From the IMG/VR virus record IMGVR_UViG_3300032898_000001, positions 31,532 through 95,531 of that record: a stretch of DNA of 64,000 nucleotides; one strand, 5' to 3'. Below, piece by piece: positions 19,175 to 28,648 of the stretch. Below the pieces are notes generated by a model that saw only the letters and a list, made by a program, of their open reading frames with translations, was not told the DNA's origin and ran no database searches. Source of the DNA: a virus. Within the stretch, counting starts at the first letter, position 1. The number at the start of each line of letters is the position of its first letter. A program made the translations under genes and the position numbers.

Positions 19175-19205
19175 ATTCTATGCCGAGCGCGGCAAAATGT
19201 AAACA
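19175..19205 (-). promoter_or_regulatory. Sigma70-type promoter, TGTTTACA family
   Basis: TGTTTACA-N17-TAGAAT. Confidence 0.7.
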
Positions 19206-19578
19206 CCCACGGCCGACTTCTCCACCACCTCGCTCGCCGCGACGGGCGGGTTCCCCAGTTCGCACGGCCGCCCGCCCCGCGCGTGCCACACCAGGCGCGC
19301 GTCCCGGTACACCTCCAGGCGCACGGCCTCCTGGCCGCACGCCGCGCACGGGCCCGCGAGAGGGACGTGCCAGACCTTCTCACTCACGTCACGCCTCCTG
19401 CAGGCAAAAGAGCAGGTATCTCTCCGACTCGGTCAAGATCAGGATGTTGCGCTCGTAGAGACTGAGCACCCGCGAGGCGACGTCCTGCAGGTCCCCGAAC
19501 TCGTTCGGGCTGAAGGTCAGGGTCACGTCCTGGTTGATCTTCACGGTGCCTCCTGGCTGGTTTTGTGTTGATACCTCA

Positions 19579-19609
19579 ATTCTATGTCGAACTCTCTCGT
19601 TTGTAAACA
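19579..19609 (-). promoter_or_regulatory. Sigma70-type promoter, TGTTTACA family
   Basis: TGTTTACA-N17-TAGAAT. Confidence 0.7.
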
Positions 19610-22600
19610 CCTGGCGGGCACTCCCGGTGAAACCCCGCGCCCAGCACCGCCTGCACCACGTCCCCCAGCGCGTCGTCCACGACCCCGTTGTACGTCATCG
19701 GCGCCAGGGCCGCCACGAGCGCTGCCTCATCCCGTTCCCGGGGCGTCAGCTTCTGGGCCGCGAAGTATACCTCCAAGTCCGCCCGCAGCTCGTCCCATTT
19801 CCCGTCCACCATCAGCTGCAGCCGCGGCGGGCGCTCGTCGGCCGCGTACGGGAAGGAGTCCTGGCAGTCCGCGCACCAGTACTCCTGGCCGCCGCTCATC
19901 AGCTGATAGGTCGTGTTCTCGCCGCCGCAGCTCTCACACGTCACGTCGTCTCCTCGGGTTCGTACTTCGCCTTCAGCTCCGCGAGCTTCTCTCGCTCCCA
20001 TTTTTCGCGCCGCGGCCGCGACTCCTCTTCCCGGGCCGCCACCCACGCCTTGTGCTCGTCGATCTCCGCCTGGCTGGCCACCTCGTCCCAACGCAGCGTC
20101 GCGAAGTTCACCTCCACGTCGAGCGGGTCACCCGCCCGCGGGTGCTCCGTCTCGAGCCACGCGATCAGGTCCCGCAGCGGGATCGTCCCGTCCATCGACG
20201 CGTAGACGTGGAACCGCCACGGCTCGTCCACGGGGGTTCGTGTGAAGCTGGCGGTGCACTTTCTTGATCTTCCAGCCCGTCACTCGCTTTCGCCCTCCTT
20301 CTCCTTGTCCCAGCCCGCCGGCGCTCGCCAGTCACACGCTCGGGCCAGCGCCGCGTACTCCTTCGGCCACCACGTCCACACCCGGCTCTTCACGCCCGCC
20401 GCGGTCACGGTCTCATCCAGCAGTGCCCTGGCCGCGGCCACGAGTTCCTCGTACGGGGCGACCCGCGATCGGCCCAGACTCTTCCGCTCGGCGCGGCGCC
20501 GCGCCATCTCTTCCGGCGCCGCGTACGGGTCCTCCTCCACCTCAAAGTGCAGCGGGTGCTCGTGATCGAACGGCGGCAGGCACCGCGCGTGGTTGCGAAC
20601 GTCCTCCGGCGGGTCGCACTCGTAGAAGCCGACCATCCCCGCGCCCGGCGGGACGTAATGCGGTTCGGTGCGCTGGCACACCTGGCCGGCCTTGTTCTGG
20701 TGGCTCACTGGCCCTCTCCTTCTCTCCTGGCGCTCACGACGCAGTCGTCGCGAGATCACTGCGGTCCCCAGTACACCGTGTCGACCGCTCTCTCGCACCC
20801 CTGGCACCACAGCGCCGAGTGTGAACCGCAGTCCTCGCAGCCGACCTCGGTCTCCTCGCGCGTCGTGTTGAGGTACTCGCAGTACGGGCAGTCCCAGGGC
20901 GCCACGGGAGGGAACAGGTCCGGGTCCTCACTCACGTCGTTCCCTGGCCTTTCTTCTCCTCGTGCCACGCGAGCACCTTCTCCACGAGCCAGTCGTCGTC
21001 CCCGGCGCTCTGCTCGATCAGCCAGCGCAGCTCGTCCGCGGGGGTCTTCTCGCACCGGTGGTCCCGGGCGAGCGTCGTGATGTCGTCCAGCGTGGCCGCG
21101 GCGCTCAGGCGGCTCACCACGCAGTTCTCTCGGCCGGCGCGGACGTGCTCGAGGCGGTTCCCGTTCTCTCGGCGAGCGACCACGAACTGGCCCGCGTGCG
21201 CGGCGTGGATCCAGGTCACGTCGTCACCTCAATCTCGTCAGCCAGCTCGACGGGAAACAGGGGGTCGTCGGTCTTGATCAAAACACCGAGAAGGTGATGT
21301 CGTCGCACGAGTGCGTAACCCTCATCATCCAGCACGCGAAGTGCGGCGGCGAGACCGGCTGCCTGCGCGGGACGGTCGCTCTCTTCGAGGTCAACGCCCC
21401 AGTAACCGGCGACCCCGTCCACGCTCGCCGCGATCAGCTTCTCGGTCAGGTCACTCACGTCAGCCTCCCGAGCTCGGTCAGGACTCGCAGCACGTCGTCC
21501 ACGAGCGTGAACCCGATCTGGCCGGCCAGGTCGTCGCGGCGGTAGAACTTGCAGCTGGCCGGGTACGCGTCGCAGGCGCAGAGGTGCTGGTGCGTCTCGT
21601 CGGCGAGCTGGTACGCGATCCGCTCGCTCAGGTCCTCGCGGTCCAGGACGTCCTCGCTCGCCGGGCCCGGGAGGTCACTCCGGGTCAGGCGCAGCCGCGC
21701 GAACCCGTCCTCGTCGGTCAGCCACTGGCCGGCCGTCACGCTTCTCCCGTCGCGCTCCAGCTCCACGAACACGGCCTCGTTTCCGGGGCCGGGCGGCGCC
21801 GTGAACACGACGTCGAGGTGCTCGCTCACGTCTTCTCCTCTCGTTCCTTCTCCAACAGGTCACTCAGCTCGCAGAGCAGGCACGCCCGCAGCGCCGGGTT
21901 GTGCGGTCCCGGGTGCAGGTGCTGGGTGTGGCCGCAGTTCGGGCAGGCCACGTCGATCAGCTGGCCGGCGATGACTCTCATCCGGCAAGCCTTGACCCAG
22001 CTCACGTCTCCTCGTCTCGCACGAACAGCTGAGCCGGGTGCGGCACCGGGTAGTACGCGTCGTCCTCGCCCTCGTACTCGTCGAGCAACCACCAGGTCAC
22101 GCTCGACGCGTCCCCTGGCTGTCGGATGGTCAGGTCGTGCACCTCCACGACCCGGGGCAGCACCCCGTCGCGCCGCGACACGTACCGCTCCACGTCCCGG
22201 TCCTCGTACCGGAACGTCATCGGCACGAGCTCGACGACCTCTTCTTTCTTCGTCACTCGTCCGTCTCCCACTCCACGGTCACCTTCGGTCGCCTGACCTT
22301 CCCGTTCTCGTCCCAGACGAGCCACGACGGGAGCGTGAGCAGGAGGCAGCGGTCGTCCTCGAGCAGCGCCGCGGCGCGGTCGTACGCCTCCGCCTCTCGT
22401 TCGAGCTCCTCCCACCCGTTCGAGCCCTTTGTCCAGTTGTCGCGGTACGCCCGTCGTCCCGCCGCGGCCAGGCGCAGCCGGGCCACCGGGTCGGCGGGTA
22501 GCCTCGGCTCGCTCATCTCGTCCACCTTTCCACGGCCCACAGGCCCACGCCCGTCGCAGCCCCGCACAGCACCGCGACGTACCCGAGCGGCGCCAGCACG

Positions 22601-23096
22601 AGGACGTTCCCGAGGGACAGAGCCGTTCTCAGCGTCACGCTCATCTCGTTCCTTCTCTCTTCTCTCTTCTCTCTTCCGAGGTGAGGCCCGAGCTCCGGGG
22701 AAGGGGAGCTCGGGCCTCGGTCTCAGCGCGGGCCGACCGACGGGCTGGCCTGGCGCGTGGGGTTGCTCGTCGATGGGCGGTCCGTGACCCGGAAGTCCGC
22801 CATCTTCGCGAACCGCGCGTACGCGAAGGTGTCGTGCAGGTCGGCCGCGACGGTCTTCTCCAGGCCGAGGTAGTGCATGGCCAGGTACTCGACGAGCAGG
22901 TGGACGGGACCGCTCACGCGGTAGGTGGGCCAGCCGTTGGCCTCTCCCGTCTGCAGGACGAGGATGCCGTTGACGGCCGGGGGAAGGCCGTCCTTGTCGC
23001 TCGCCCAGTCGAGCTCGACGGTGATCACGGGAACGCTGGTGTCGTCTGCCATGAGGGCTCCTTCTGGTTGCTGGTCGGTTTTTCCGACCTGAGGCA

Positions 23097-23127
23097 ACCA
23101 TATCACCTGCCACGCCATTTGTAAACA
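23097..23127 (-). promoter_or_regulatory. Sigma70-type promoter, TGTTTACA family
   Basis: TGTTTACA-N17-TATGGT. Confidence 0.7.
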
Positions 23128-23136
23128 CCCTCACGT

Positions 23137-23176
23137 AAAAAGTGGGGCCGCCCTCCCCGAAGAAGAGCGGCCCCAC
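23137..23176 (-). terminator. Intrinsic terminator closing the tRNA/ncRNA operon
   Basis: GTGGGGCCGC..GCGGCCCCAC then TTTTT on minus strand. Confidence 0.8.
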
Positions 23177-23351
23177 GCCGGCGTGCCCTTTCTAGTCGCG
23201 GTGACACGCCGTTTATCCCGGCTAACCGCTAAGGACGGCGTCGCCATCGGGCTCACCCCGGCGATGGCCACCTCGCGTGACCGGGGGTCTTGCCTAAACG
23301 AGACGGGCGGGCTCAAACACCCGCGGCACCCCGTCGGGTCCGTCTCGTTTT

Positions 23352-23424
23352 GTGCGCTGGCCCGACTCGAACGGGCCGGCAACCTTCTCGGTCCGGTGCA
23401 CCGGCCGATCTCGCGCAGCGCTCC
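23352..23424 (-). ncRNA. tRNA-like element (acceptor-like stem and T arm, no canonical D or anticodon arm)
   Basis: GCGCTG..GCCCG-TTCGAGT-CGGGC-CAGCGC-A. Confidence 0.55.
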
Positions 23425-23494
23425 ATCTTTCTAGGACGGTGCTCGATTCAAGCCGTGCCCTGATTATCGACACGGCTAACCGAGTAGAGCGTCG

Positions 23495-23565
23495 CACCTG
23501 GTCGAGGGATCGAACCTCGTTCTGCGCTTTTGGAGAGCGCCGTGCTGCCACTGCACCAACCAGGC
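23495..23565 (-). tRNA. tRNA-Trp(CCA)
   Basis: Cloverleaf; GCGCT-CTCCAAA-AGCGC; TTCGATC T loop. Confidence 0.9.
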
Positions 23566-23684
23566 CCGACCGATCGCTCCCACGTAAACCGGGACGCCGT
23601 GTACCAGGGGCCAGGCCCCCGGCATCGCGCTCGCCTCCCGGACCATCTTCTCCATACCCCATCCCGGCGGTGGTCCGAGCGCGA

Positions 23685-23822
23685 TCAGTCGTCTGTCTCT
23701 CGAGGCTCATCGCAGTCGACGCAAGAGTCGAACCGCTCGCTGTCGATGTTGAACCGGTGCCCGTGCACCTCACACGCGGTCCACTCCGAGAAGTCGATCT
23801 CGTCTCGTTCCTGGGTCTCCAC
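23685..23822 (-). CDS. Small acidic Cys/His protein inside the tRNA cluster
   Basis: GGAGG RBS; METQERDEIDFSEWTACEVHGH..CVDC. Confidence 0.55.
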   Translation of the reverse strand: METQERDEIDFSEWTACEVHGHRFNIDSERFDSCVDCDEPRETDD

Positions 23823-23978
23823 GTTTTGCCTCCTCTCTACGAACCGCGACGAGCCCGAACCAAACCACGTCTCGTCTCGAGGCACCCTGCAACGAATGTC
23901 GCGTTGGGCCGTCCCACCAGGAGGCCGTTCCTCGTCCTCCACGGCATGAGACTGGTCTCGCCGTGCCTCTTCCCTACG

Positions 23979-24049
23979 AGCCGTACCGGGGAATCGAACC
24001 CCGTCCCGCTGGTTGGAAGCCAGATATGCAGCCACTACACCAGTACGGC
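23979..24049 (-). tRNA. tRNA-Gly(TCC)
   Basis: GCCGTAC/GTACGGC acceptor, CTGG-CTTCCAA-CCAG, U discriminator. Confidence 0.88.
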
Positions 24050-24154
24050 ACACGGGACGGTTTCTACCTCCGACGCCTCGGCGTGCATACCCCCATCGAG
24101 CTCGTTACCGATCCCGAACGGTCTAGCTCCGACGTACGTCCCTCGGACCTCACG

Positions 24155-24225
24155 TGCCCCACGCCGGGATCGAACCGGCGACCACTGGATGAAAGCCAGC
24201 GATGTTGCCACTACACCAGTGGGGC
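24155..24225 (-). tRNA. tRNA-Glu(TTC)
   Basis: GCCCCAC/GTGGGGC acceptor; GCTGG-CTTTCAT-CCAGT. Confidence 0.85.
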
Positions 24226-24227
24226 GA

Positions 24228-24338
24228 GAAGAGGGTGACGGGAGTCGAACCCGCCCAGCGGACCGTCGTCCTTTTGGCGTACGCCGTCAGCCCTGACGCT
24301 CCGGGAGTCGAACCCGGATACTGCCGGTTACCCTCTTC
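24228..24338 (-). ncRNA. Double-T-loop structured RNA
   Basis: Closing stem GAAGAGGGT/ACCCTCTTC enclosing two TTCGACT hairpins and three small hairpins. Confidence 0.6.
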
Positions 24339-24340
24339 AG

Positions 24341-24412
24341 CTGACCCGGGAGGACTCGAACCTCCAACCACCTGGTTAACAGCCAGGAGCTCTGCCGTTG
24401 AGCTACGGATCA
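24341..24412 (-). tRNA. tRNA-Asn(GTT)
   Basis: Canonical cloverleaf; CCTGG-CTGTTAA-CCAGG. Confidence 0.93.
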
Positions 24413-24416
24413 TTGC

Positions 24417-24548
24417 GTGGGCCTCTGCCGCTGAGGTACCGATCGTGATCGTTCTCACCGTACCCGGTCTTCCGCCACGCGGTCCTTCGGGTCGTGCTCG
24501 AGCGACCTGCCAAACGATCGAGAGGGACTCGAACCCTCGTCTTCCCAC
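24417..24548 (-). ncRNA. Circularly permuted tRNA-like RNA with a large insertion in the acceptor stem
   Basis: Order GTGGG, T arm (GAGGG-TTCGAGT-CCCTC), TCGATCGT..insert..ACGATCGG, TA, D arm (CCTC-AGCGGCA-GAGG), CCCAC. Confidence 0.6.
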
Positions 24549-24550
24549 CG

Positions 24551-24622
24551 CGCCATCGACGGGAGTCGAACCCGCTGCCACCTGGCTGACAACCAGGCAC
24601 TCTACCGTTGAGTTACGACGGC
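24551..24622 (-). tRNA. tRNA-Asp(GTC)
   Basis: Canonical cloverleaf; CCTGG-TTGTCAG-CCAGG; G discriminator. Confidence 0.92.
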
Positions 24623-24627
24623 CTAGC

Positions 24628-24695
24628 ACGGTAGGGCTGCAACCCGCTGGGGAATCGAACCCCACCCTACCGCTGACGACCGTGGCCACGGTCGT
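24628..24695 (-). ncRNA. Small T-loop-containing structured element
   Basis: GCGGTAGGG/CCCTACCGT stem enclosing TGGGG-TTCGATT-CCCCA; preceded by perfect hairpin CGACCGT/ACGGTCG. Confidence 0.5.
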
Positions 24696-24698
24696 TTG

Positions 24699-24770
24699 TA
24701 CCCCACGCGGGGATCGAACCCGCGTCTCCTGGCTGAGAACCAGGTGTGACTGCCACTGCACCAGTGGGGC
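24699..24770 (-). tRNA. tRNA-Glu(CTC)
   Basis: CCTGG-TTCTCAG-CCAGG; body paralogous to tRNA-Glu(TTC). Confidence 0.85.
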
Positions 24771-24774
24771 TTTC

Positions 24775-24865
24775 CCGAGGGCCTAGCACCTGCGAGGGCT
24801 CGAACCTCCCACCGGTTACCAGCCGGTCGCTCCTGCGCCGGGTGTCGAACCCGGTAGGTCCTCGG
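24775..24865 (-). ncRNA. Double-T-loop structured RNA with an anticodon-like arm
   Basis: Closing CCGAGG-A-CCTA/TAGG-CCTCGG; CCGGG-TTCGACA-CCCGG; ACCGG-CTGGTAA-CCGGT; GAGG-TTCGAGC-CCTC. Confidence 0.6.
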
Positions 24866-24908
24866 TTCGGCGGTAAGGTTTGGTTTTCCTGACCGCCTGG
24901 TAGTACCT

Positions 24909-24939
24909 ACTATACCAGCCGCGGGGCAGCTTGTAAACA
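24909..24939 (-). promoter_or_regulatory. Promoter of the tRNA/ncRNA operon, TGTTTACA family
   Basis: TGTTTACA-N17-TATAGT with extended -10 TG. Confidence 0.75.
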
Positions 24940-24956
24940 GCTTTTGCCCCTCGTTT

Positions 24957-25481
24957 TCATGATTCTTTGCACAGTTCCTCGAGCCGCTGGCGGGTCCCGG
25001 GGTCGATCTTGTCGCGGATCAGCAGGTACGCGCCCCACCCGTCCCCCGGCCGACGATCCCGTTCTCGCCGGCCCCGTTCGCCTCTCAGCTCGTGGTTCAC
25101 GTGCCGAACGTGCCAGTACCGGGCCAGCGTGAGCGGGTACCGGGGACACACCTGGCAGCGGTACGGCTCCAGGTCCCCGGCGCGGGTGTTCCGCTCCACC
25201 AGGCGAGCGAACGCCTCCGCGTCCCGGCGGTTGTACAGCCGCACCTTGACGCAGGGCTGGCCGGGAACCGTCGGTTCCAGGAGCCAGTCGACGGCGCTCA
25301 GCCGGTCCGCGGCCAGGGTCTCCGCGGCCTCGCGCTTCTCCCGGCAGTACGTCAGGTCCTCGTACGCGGCGGTGAGCTCGCGGTTGAGGTCGGCCACTCG
25401 AAGCTCCTTGACCTCGAGGGCCGACCTCAGCTCGCTCAGCTCCCGGCTCTCACCGAGCCGGTGCCGCAGCCACGCCAGCAT
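24957..25481 (-). CDS. Hypothetical protein (coiled coil plus YRCxxC..WH zinc-finger-like motif)
   Basis: ORF track; PYRCQVC..YWHV. Confidence 0.65.
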   Translation of the reverse strand: MLAWLRHRLGESRELSELRSALEVKELRVADLNRELTAAYEDLTYCREKREAAETLAADRLSAVDWLLEPTVPGQPCVKVRLYNRRDAEAFARLVERNTRAGDLEPYRCQVCPRYPLTLARYWHVRHVNHELRGERGRRERDRRPGDGWGAYLLIRDKIDPGTRQRLEELCKES

Positions 25482-25869
25482 CGCCGCGTCGCTCTCGGAT
25501 CAGGGTCACCCACGCCTCGGTCAAGGCCTCCCATCGCGCGGTCCCCAGCTCGAAGAAGTCGAGGCTGAAACCGTGGTTGATCTCGAACCGGCTGGCCAGG
25601 TAGCGTGAGACCTCGGACACGTCCAGGAGCCGTTTCACGAGCTCGTCGTACTGGTCGACGACGTAGAGCTTCTCGGAGTGGATCTCGGCCAGCTGGCCGA
25701 CCACGCACCGGTCGAACTCCCGGAGGTCCAGCCGCTCGAGGTCAACCTCGTTCACCCAGGACGGGCCGAAGTGTCGGTCCAGAGCGGCCGCGCCCCGGGC
25801 CACCCGACCGGGCAGCTTGACCAGGACCTCATCCACGGTCTCGGTCACGTCGAGGCTCTCTTCATACAT
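25450..25869 (-). CDS. Hypothetical protein, paralog of 28105..28416
   Basis: VARGAAALD..W...VDLERLDL....CVVGQL. Confidence 0.75.
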   Translation of the reverse strand: MYEESLDVTETVDEVLVKLPGRVARGAAALDRHFGPSWVNEVDLERLDLREFDRCVVGQLAEIHSEKLYVVDQYDELVKRLLDVSEVSRYLASRFEINHGFSLDFFELGTARWEALTEAWVTLIRERRGDAGVAAAPAR

Positions 25870-25881
25870 CGTGATCTCCTC

Positions 25882-26391
25882 TCAGTCACACTGCTTCGGG
25901 TCGAGCGTCGGTGGCAGGTCGGCGCCTCGCCAATCCTCGGTGAGGAACGACTGCGCTGCCGTGTCGTAGTCCTGGATGTGGTTCAGGCAGTCGCGCTGGT
26001 CGCCCTGCAGGGTCACCTGCAGGTTCCCGTACTGCTGTGCGTCCGGGTCGTACGGGGTGCCGTTCCCGGACCAGTCCGGGTGGGCCTGCTGGAACTGGGC
26101 CAGGTTCGCCTTGTCGGTCGCGATCTTCTGCACGTCAAGAGTGACCGCGTTCTGGTCGAGGTGGAACTCCTGCTGTGCGGCGAGGAAGTTCTGCGTCGAG
26201 TTCTTCTGCTGGACCGCGTTCCCCTGGCCCCACCAGTACGAGAACCCGGTGGTGATCCCGAACACGAGCGCGATAAGCACGAGAACGGTCAGGATCACGG
26301 CCACGACGGCCTTCGTCACCGTCCAGAACGGGCGGCGTTCCAGGTCCTTCTCCCAGCCCGCCGCGGACCGCCGCCACGGGTCCCGGGCCAT
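25882..26391 (-). CDS. Single-pass membrane protein
   Basis: TM AVVAVILTVLVLIALVFGI; coupled to the upstream lipoprotein gene. Confidence 0.75.
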   Translation of the reverse strand: MARDPWRRSAAGWEKDLERRPFWTVTKAVVAVILTVLVLIALVFGITTGFSYWWGQGNAVQQKNSTQNFLAAQQEFHLDQNAVTLDVQKIATDKANLAQFQQAHPDWSGNGTPYDPDAQQYGNLQVTLQGDQRDCLNHIQDYDTAAQSFLTEDWRGADLPPTLDPKQCD

Positions 26392-27005
26392 CACTTGCCG
26401 CCGACCTTGGCCAGCCCGCCGTAGTTGATCGCCGGGGCCTGGCCGACGTTGTAGGTGACGATCGGCTGCTGGGTGATGTTCTGCGGCACGTCCGACTCGG
26501 AGATGATCACGCCGGCGAAGATGTGCTCCGCGCCCGACGTGTCGAAGAAGTCGGCGGTGCCGAACTCGGGGCCGTAGGTGCCGTTGTCGGTCGGGGAGTT
26601 GACCGTGCCGCAGGCGTAGCCGCCGTTCCCGCCGTCGTTGCAGACCACGTCCGTGGTCTCGGTCATCGACGAGTTCGGGTCGAACACGAGCCCCTTGATC
26701 GACCCGTTCCACAGCACCTGGCCGTACGGGGTCATGACCGTGACGTAGCGGGTCTCGTTCGGGTCGTTCTCGCGGAGCTGGTGCTCCTTGATCTCCTGCT
26801 CCTCGGTGAAGCCGCCGTTGAGCACCTGGCTCTTCGGGAACGGCACCTTGGCGTTCGCGGCGGCCTCGATCTGGCCGGTCAAGTTCTCGTTGTTGGTCTC
26901 GGCGGTCGACGCCGAGGTGTTGCCGTCGTTGCAGCCCACCAGGATCAACCCGACGCCCGCCAGGCCGGCCACGGCCAGGGCGACGCGCTTGGTCTTCGCT
27001 CTCAT
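26391..27005 (-). CDS. Lipoprotein
   Basis: Basic N-term, hydrophobic core, lipobox LVGC. Confidence 0.8.
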   Translation of the reverse strand: MRAKTKRVALAVAGLAGVGLILVGCNDGNTSASTAETNNENLTGQIEAAANAKVPFPKSQVLNGGFTEEQEIKEHQLRENDPNETRYVTVMTPYGQVLWNGSIKGLVFDPNSSMTETTDVVCNDGGNGGYACGTVNSPTDNGTYGPEFGTADFFDTSGAEHIFAGVIISESDVPQNITQQPIVTYNVGQAPAINYGGLAKVGGK

Positions 27006-27040
27006 TCGCTTCCTCGTTCTCTTCTCGTTGGTTGGGTTGG

Positions 27041-27487
27041 CTACAGGCTGGGGTCGGCGGCGATGACGTCACCGATCTGCGGGAGGGTCCGGTGCAGCTC
27101 GTCGTTCAGAAAAGACAAGCTCCTCACGGCGTTCGGGACATCCACGTTCGAGACATCCACGTGTGTGAGGCGCACGTCGGGGTTCGCCATCCTGAGTCCC
27201 GCCCACTCCTGGACGTCCCGTGGCAGGAACGACCCGTATATGGGGACCGCCGTGACGCCCGGTCCGACCCGGTAACGCTCGTTGTCGCTGCCGTACCACG
27301 CCCGGTTTTCCGGGTCCTCGCGGACCCACAGGTCCGTCAGCACGCCGAGGCAGCAGAAGGTCCCGCGAGGCACGCCCGGCGCCGGGTCCTTCACGAGCGT
27401 GCCGCAGAGCTGCCCGCGGGCCTGCTGGTACTCGGGGGAGCGGCAGGCGTCGGCCCAGCGCTGCTTGATCTCGGGGTTCATGCTCAC
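27041..27487 (-). CDS. Hypothetical phage protein (W..S..YQQ..CCLGV..LND type), paralog A
   Basis: Aligns by eye with the adjacent gene. Confidence 0.75.
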   Translation of the reverse strand: MSMNPEIKQRWADACRSPEYQQARGQLCGTLVKDPAPGVPRGTFCCLGVLTDLWVREDPENRAWYGSDNERYRVGPGVTAVPIYGSFLPRDVQEWAGLRMANPDVRLTHVDVSNVDVPNAVRSLSFLNDELHRTLPQIGDVIAADPSL

Positions 27488-27906
27488 AGGGACTCCCGGA
27501 CGCACGCCGCGATCTGAGGGAAGGGGAACTTGAGGTCGTCGTTCAGACGAGTGAGCGGCGCCTCGCAGGGGTAGCCGTTGCTCTCGTACAGCACGTACGG
27601 GTCGGTGACGACCTGGGTCACGGCGCTCTCGTCGATCACGACCAGGCCCGCCCAGCGGGCGACTTCCACGGGAAGGATCGAGCGCTCGTGCTTGGTCGCG
27701 TCCTGCCAGGTCGTGCCCGTGGCGCGGCAGTACAGCTCGGTGAGCACGCCGAGGCAGCAGTGCAACACGCGAGGCATCTCGAGCTGCCTGTCGTAGGTCA
27801 CGCGCAGCGCGCCGGTGCCCTGCTGGAACTCGTCGCTCTCGAGGGCCGAGGCCCAGAGTTCCTTGATCTCGGGGTCCATCGTGACCGGGGGAAATGGGTT
27901 GGTCAC
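27484..27906 (-). CDS. Hypothetical phage protein (CCLGV type), paralog B
   Basis: MDPEIKELWASALES..FQQG..HCCLGVLTEL..LNDD. Confidence 0.75.
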   Translation of the reverse strand: MTNPFPPVTMDPEIKELWASALESDEFQQGTGALRVTYDRQLEMPRVLHCCLGVLTELYCRATGTTWQDATKHERSILPVEVARWAGLVVIDESAVTQVVTDPYVLYESNGYPCEAPLTRLNDDLKFPFPQIAACVRESL

Positions 27907-28104
27907 GTCACAGCTCCAGTCCCGTGTCGATGCCGCCGATGACCAGGTCACCGTCGGTCACGTCGATCGCGAGGCCGTTGCCGAGGCCGACGTCGAGGTG
28001 TCCCGACATGTCGATCCCGACCTGGCCGACGTCGTCGATCGGGTCGCACGAATAGCAACTGAGGCCGTAGTAGTTGTGCCGGTGAGTGGCGCACCAGGGC
28101 ATGG

Positions 28105-28416
28105 TCAGTCCTTCCGGGTGGTAGGGGTGACGCGTTTCTCGATCTCGGCGACCCAGGCCGCTTTCAGGGCGGCCCAGTTCTCGTTGTTGGCGCCGTCCCT
28201 CAGGGCGAGACCGTGCGCGACCTCGTTATAGGAGTCACTGTTGAACAGCTTCGTGAACAGGCCGTGGTAGTGAGTGCCCTCGGCCTGAGCGACCTGGCCG
28301 AGCACGCACCGGCTGGCCGACGCCATGTTGAGCTGGGCCACGTCGACCTTCTCGGCCCACCCCGGCCGCTTCTCGTCGAGCAGCCGGGCACCTCGTCGGA
28401 CGTCGGTCTCAAGCAC
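28105..28416 (-). CDS. Hypothetical protein, paralog of 25450..25869
   Basis: VRRGARLLD..W...VDVAQLNM....CVLGQV. Confidence 0.75.
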   Translation of the reverse strand: MLETDVRRGARLLDEKRPGWAEKVDVAQLNMASASRCVLGQVAQAEGTHYHGLFTKLFNSDSYNEVAHGLALRDGANNENWAALKAAWVAEIEKRVTPTTRKD

Positions 28417-28616
28417 GCTGCTTCCTCTCGTAGTCGACCTCGGCGAGCAGCCCTACCGCGATCGCGGTCGCGAGCACGGCGACGAGGAACCCCGCCTCGG
28501 TAGCGGCGGTCAGCGCCAGGGCAGCGAGGCCCAGGCACGCGAACGCCCCGGCCCGCGTGATCTTGGTGAAGACGCTCATCTCGGTTCCTTCCTGTTCCTG
28601 CTTCCGTGATGGTGCA

Positions 28617-28647
28617 ACCATATCATGACCACGGGATTTTGTAAACA
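28617..28647 (-). promoter_or_regulatory. Sigma70-type promoter, TGTTTACA family
   Basis: TGTTTACA-N17-TATGGT. Confidence 0.7.
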
Positions 28648-28648
28648 G

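Larger units (their letters stand above)
16506..23052 (-). other. Cluster of about 20 small leftward hypothetical genes (e.g. 16506-16730, 16871-17482, 17482-17823, 17905-18153, 18150-18377, 18377-18694, 18691-18894, 19941-20231, 20932-21219, 21216-21458, 21455-21829, 22723-23052)
   Basis: Head-to-tail ORFs with overlapping start/stop codons and GGAG-type RBS; many have CxxC pairs; no family recognised. Confidence 0.7.

Noticed and set aside
23192-24150. Hammerhead, twister or HDV/theta ribozyme in tRNA spacers
   Set aside because: Could not fit the catalytic consensus by eye (no CTGAnGA partner for GAAAC; no HDV nested pseudoknot)
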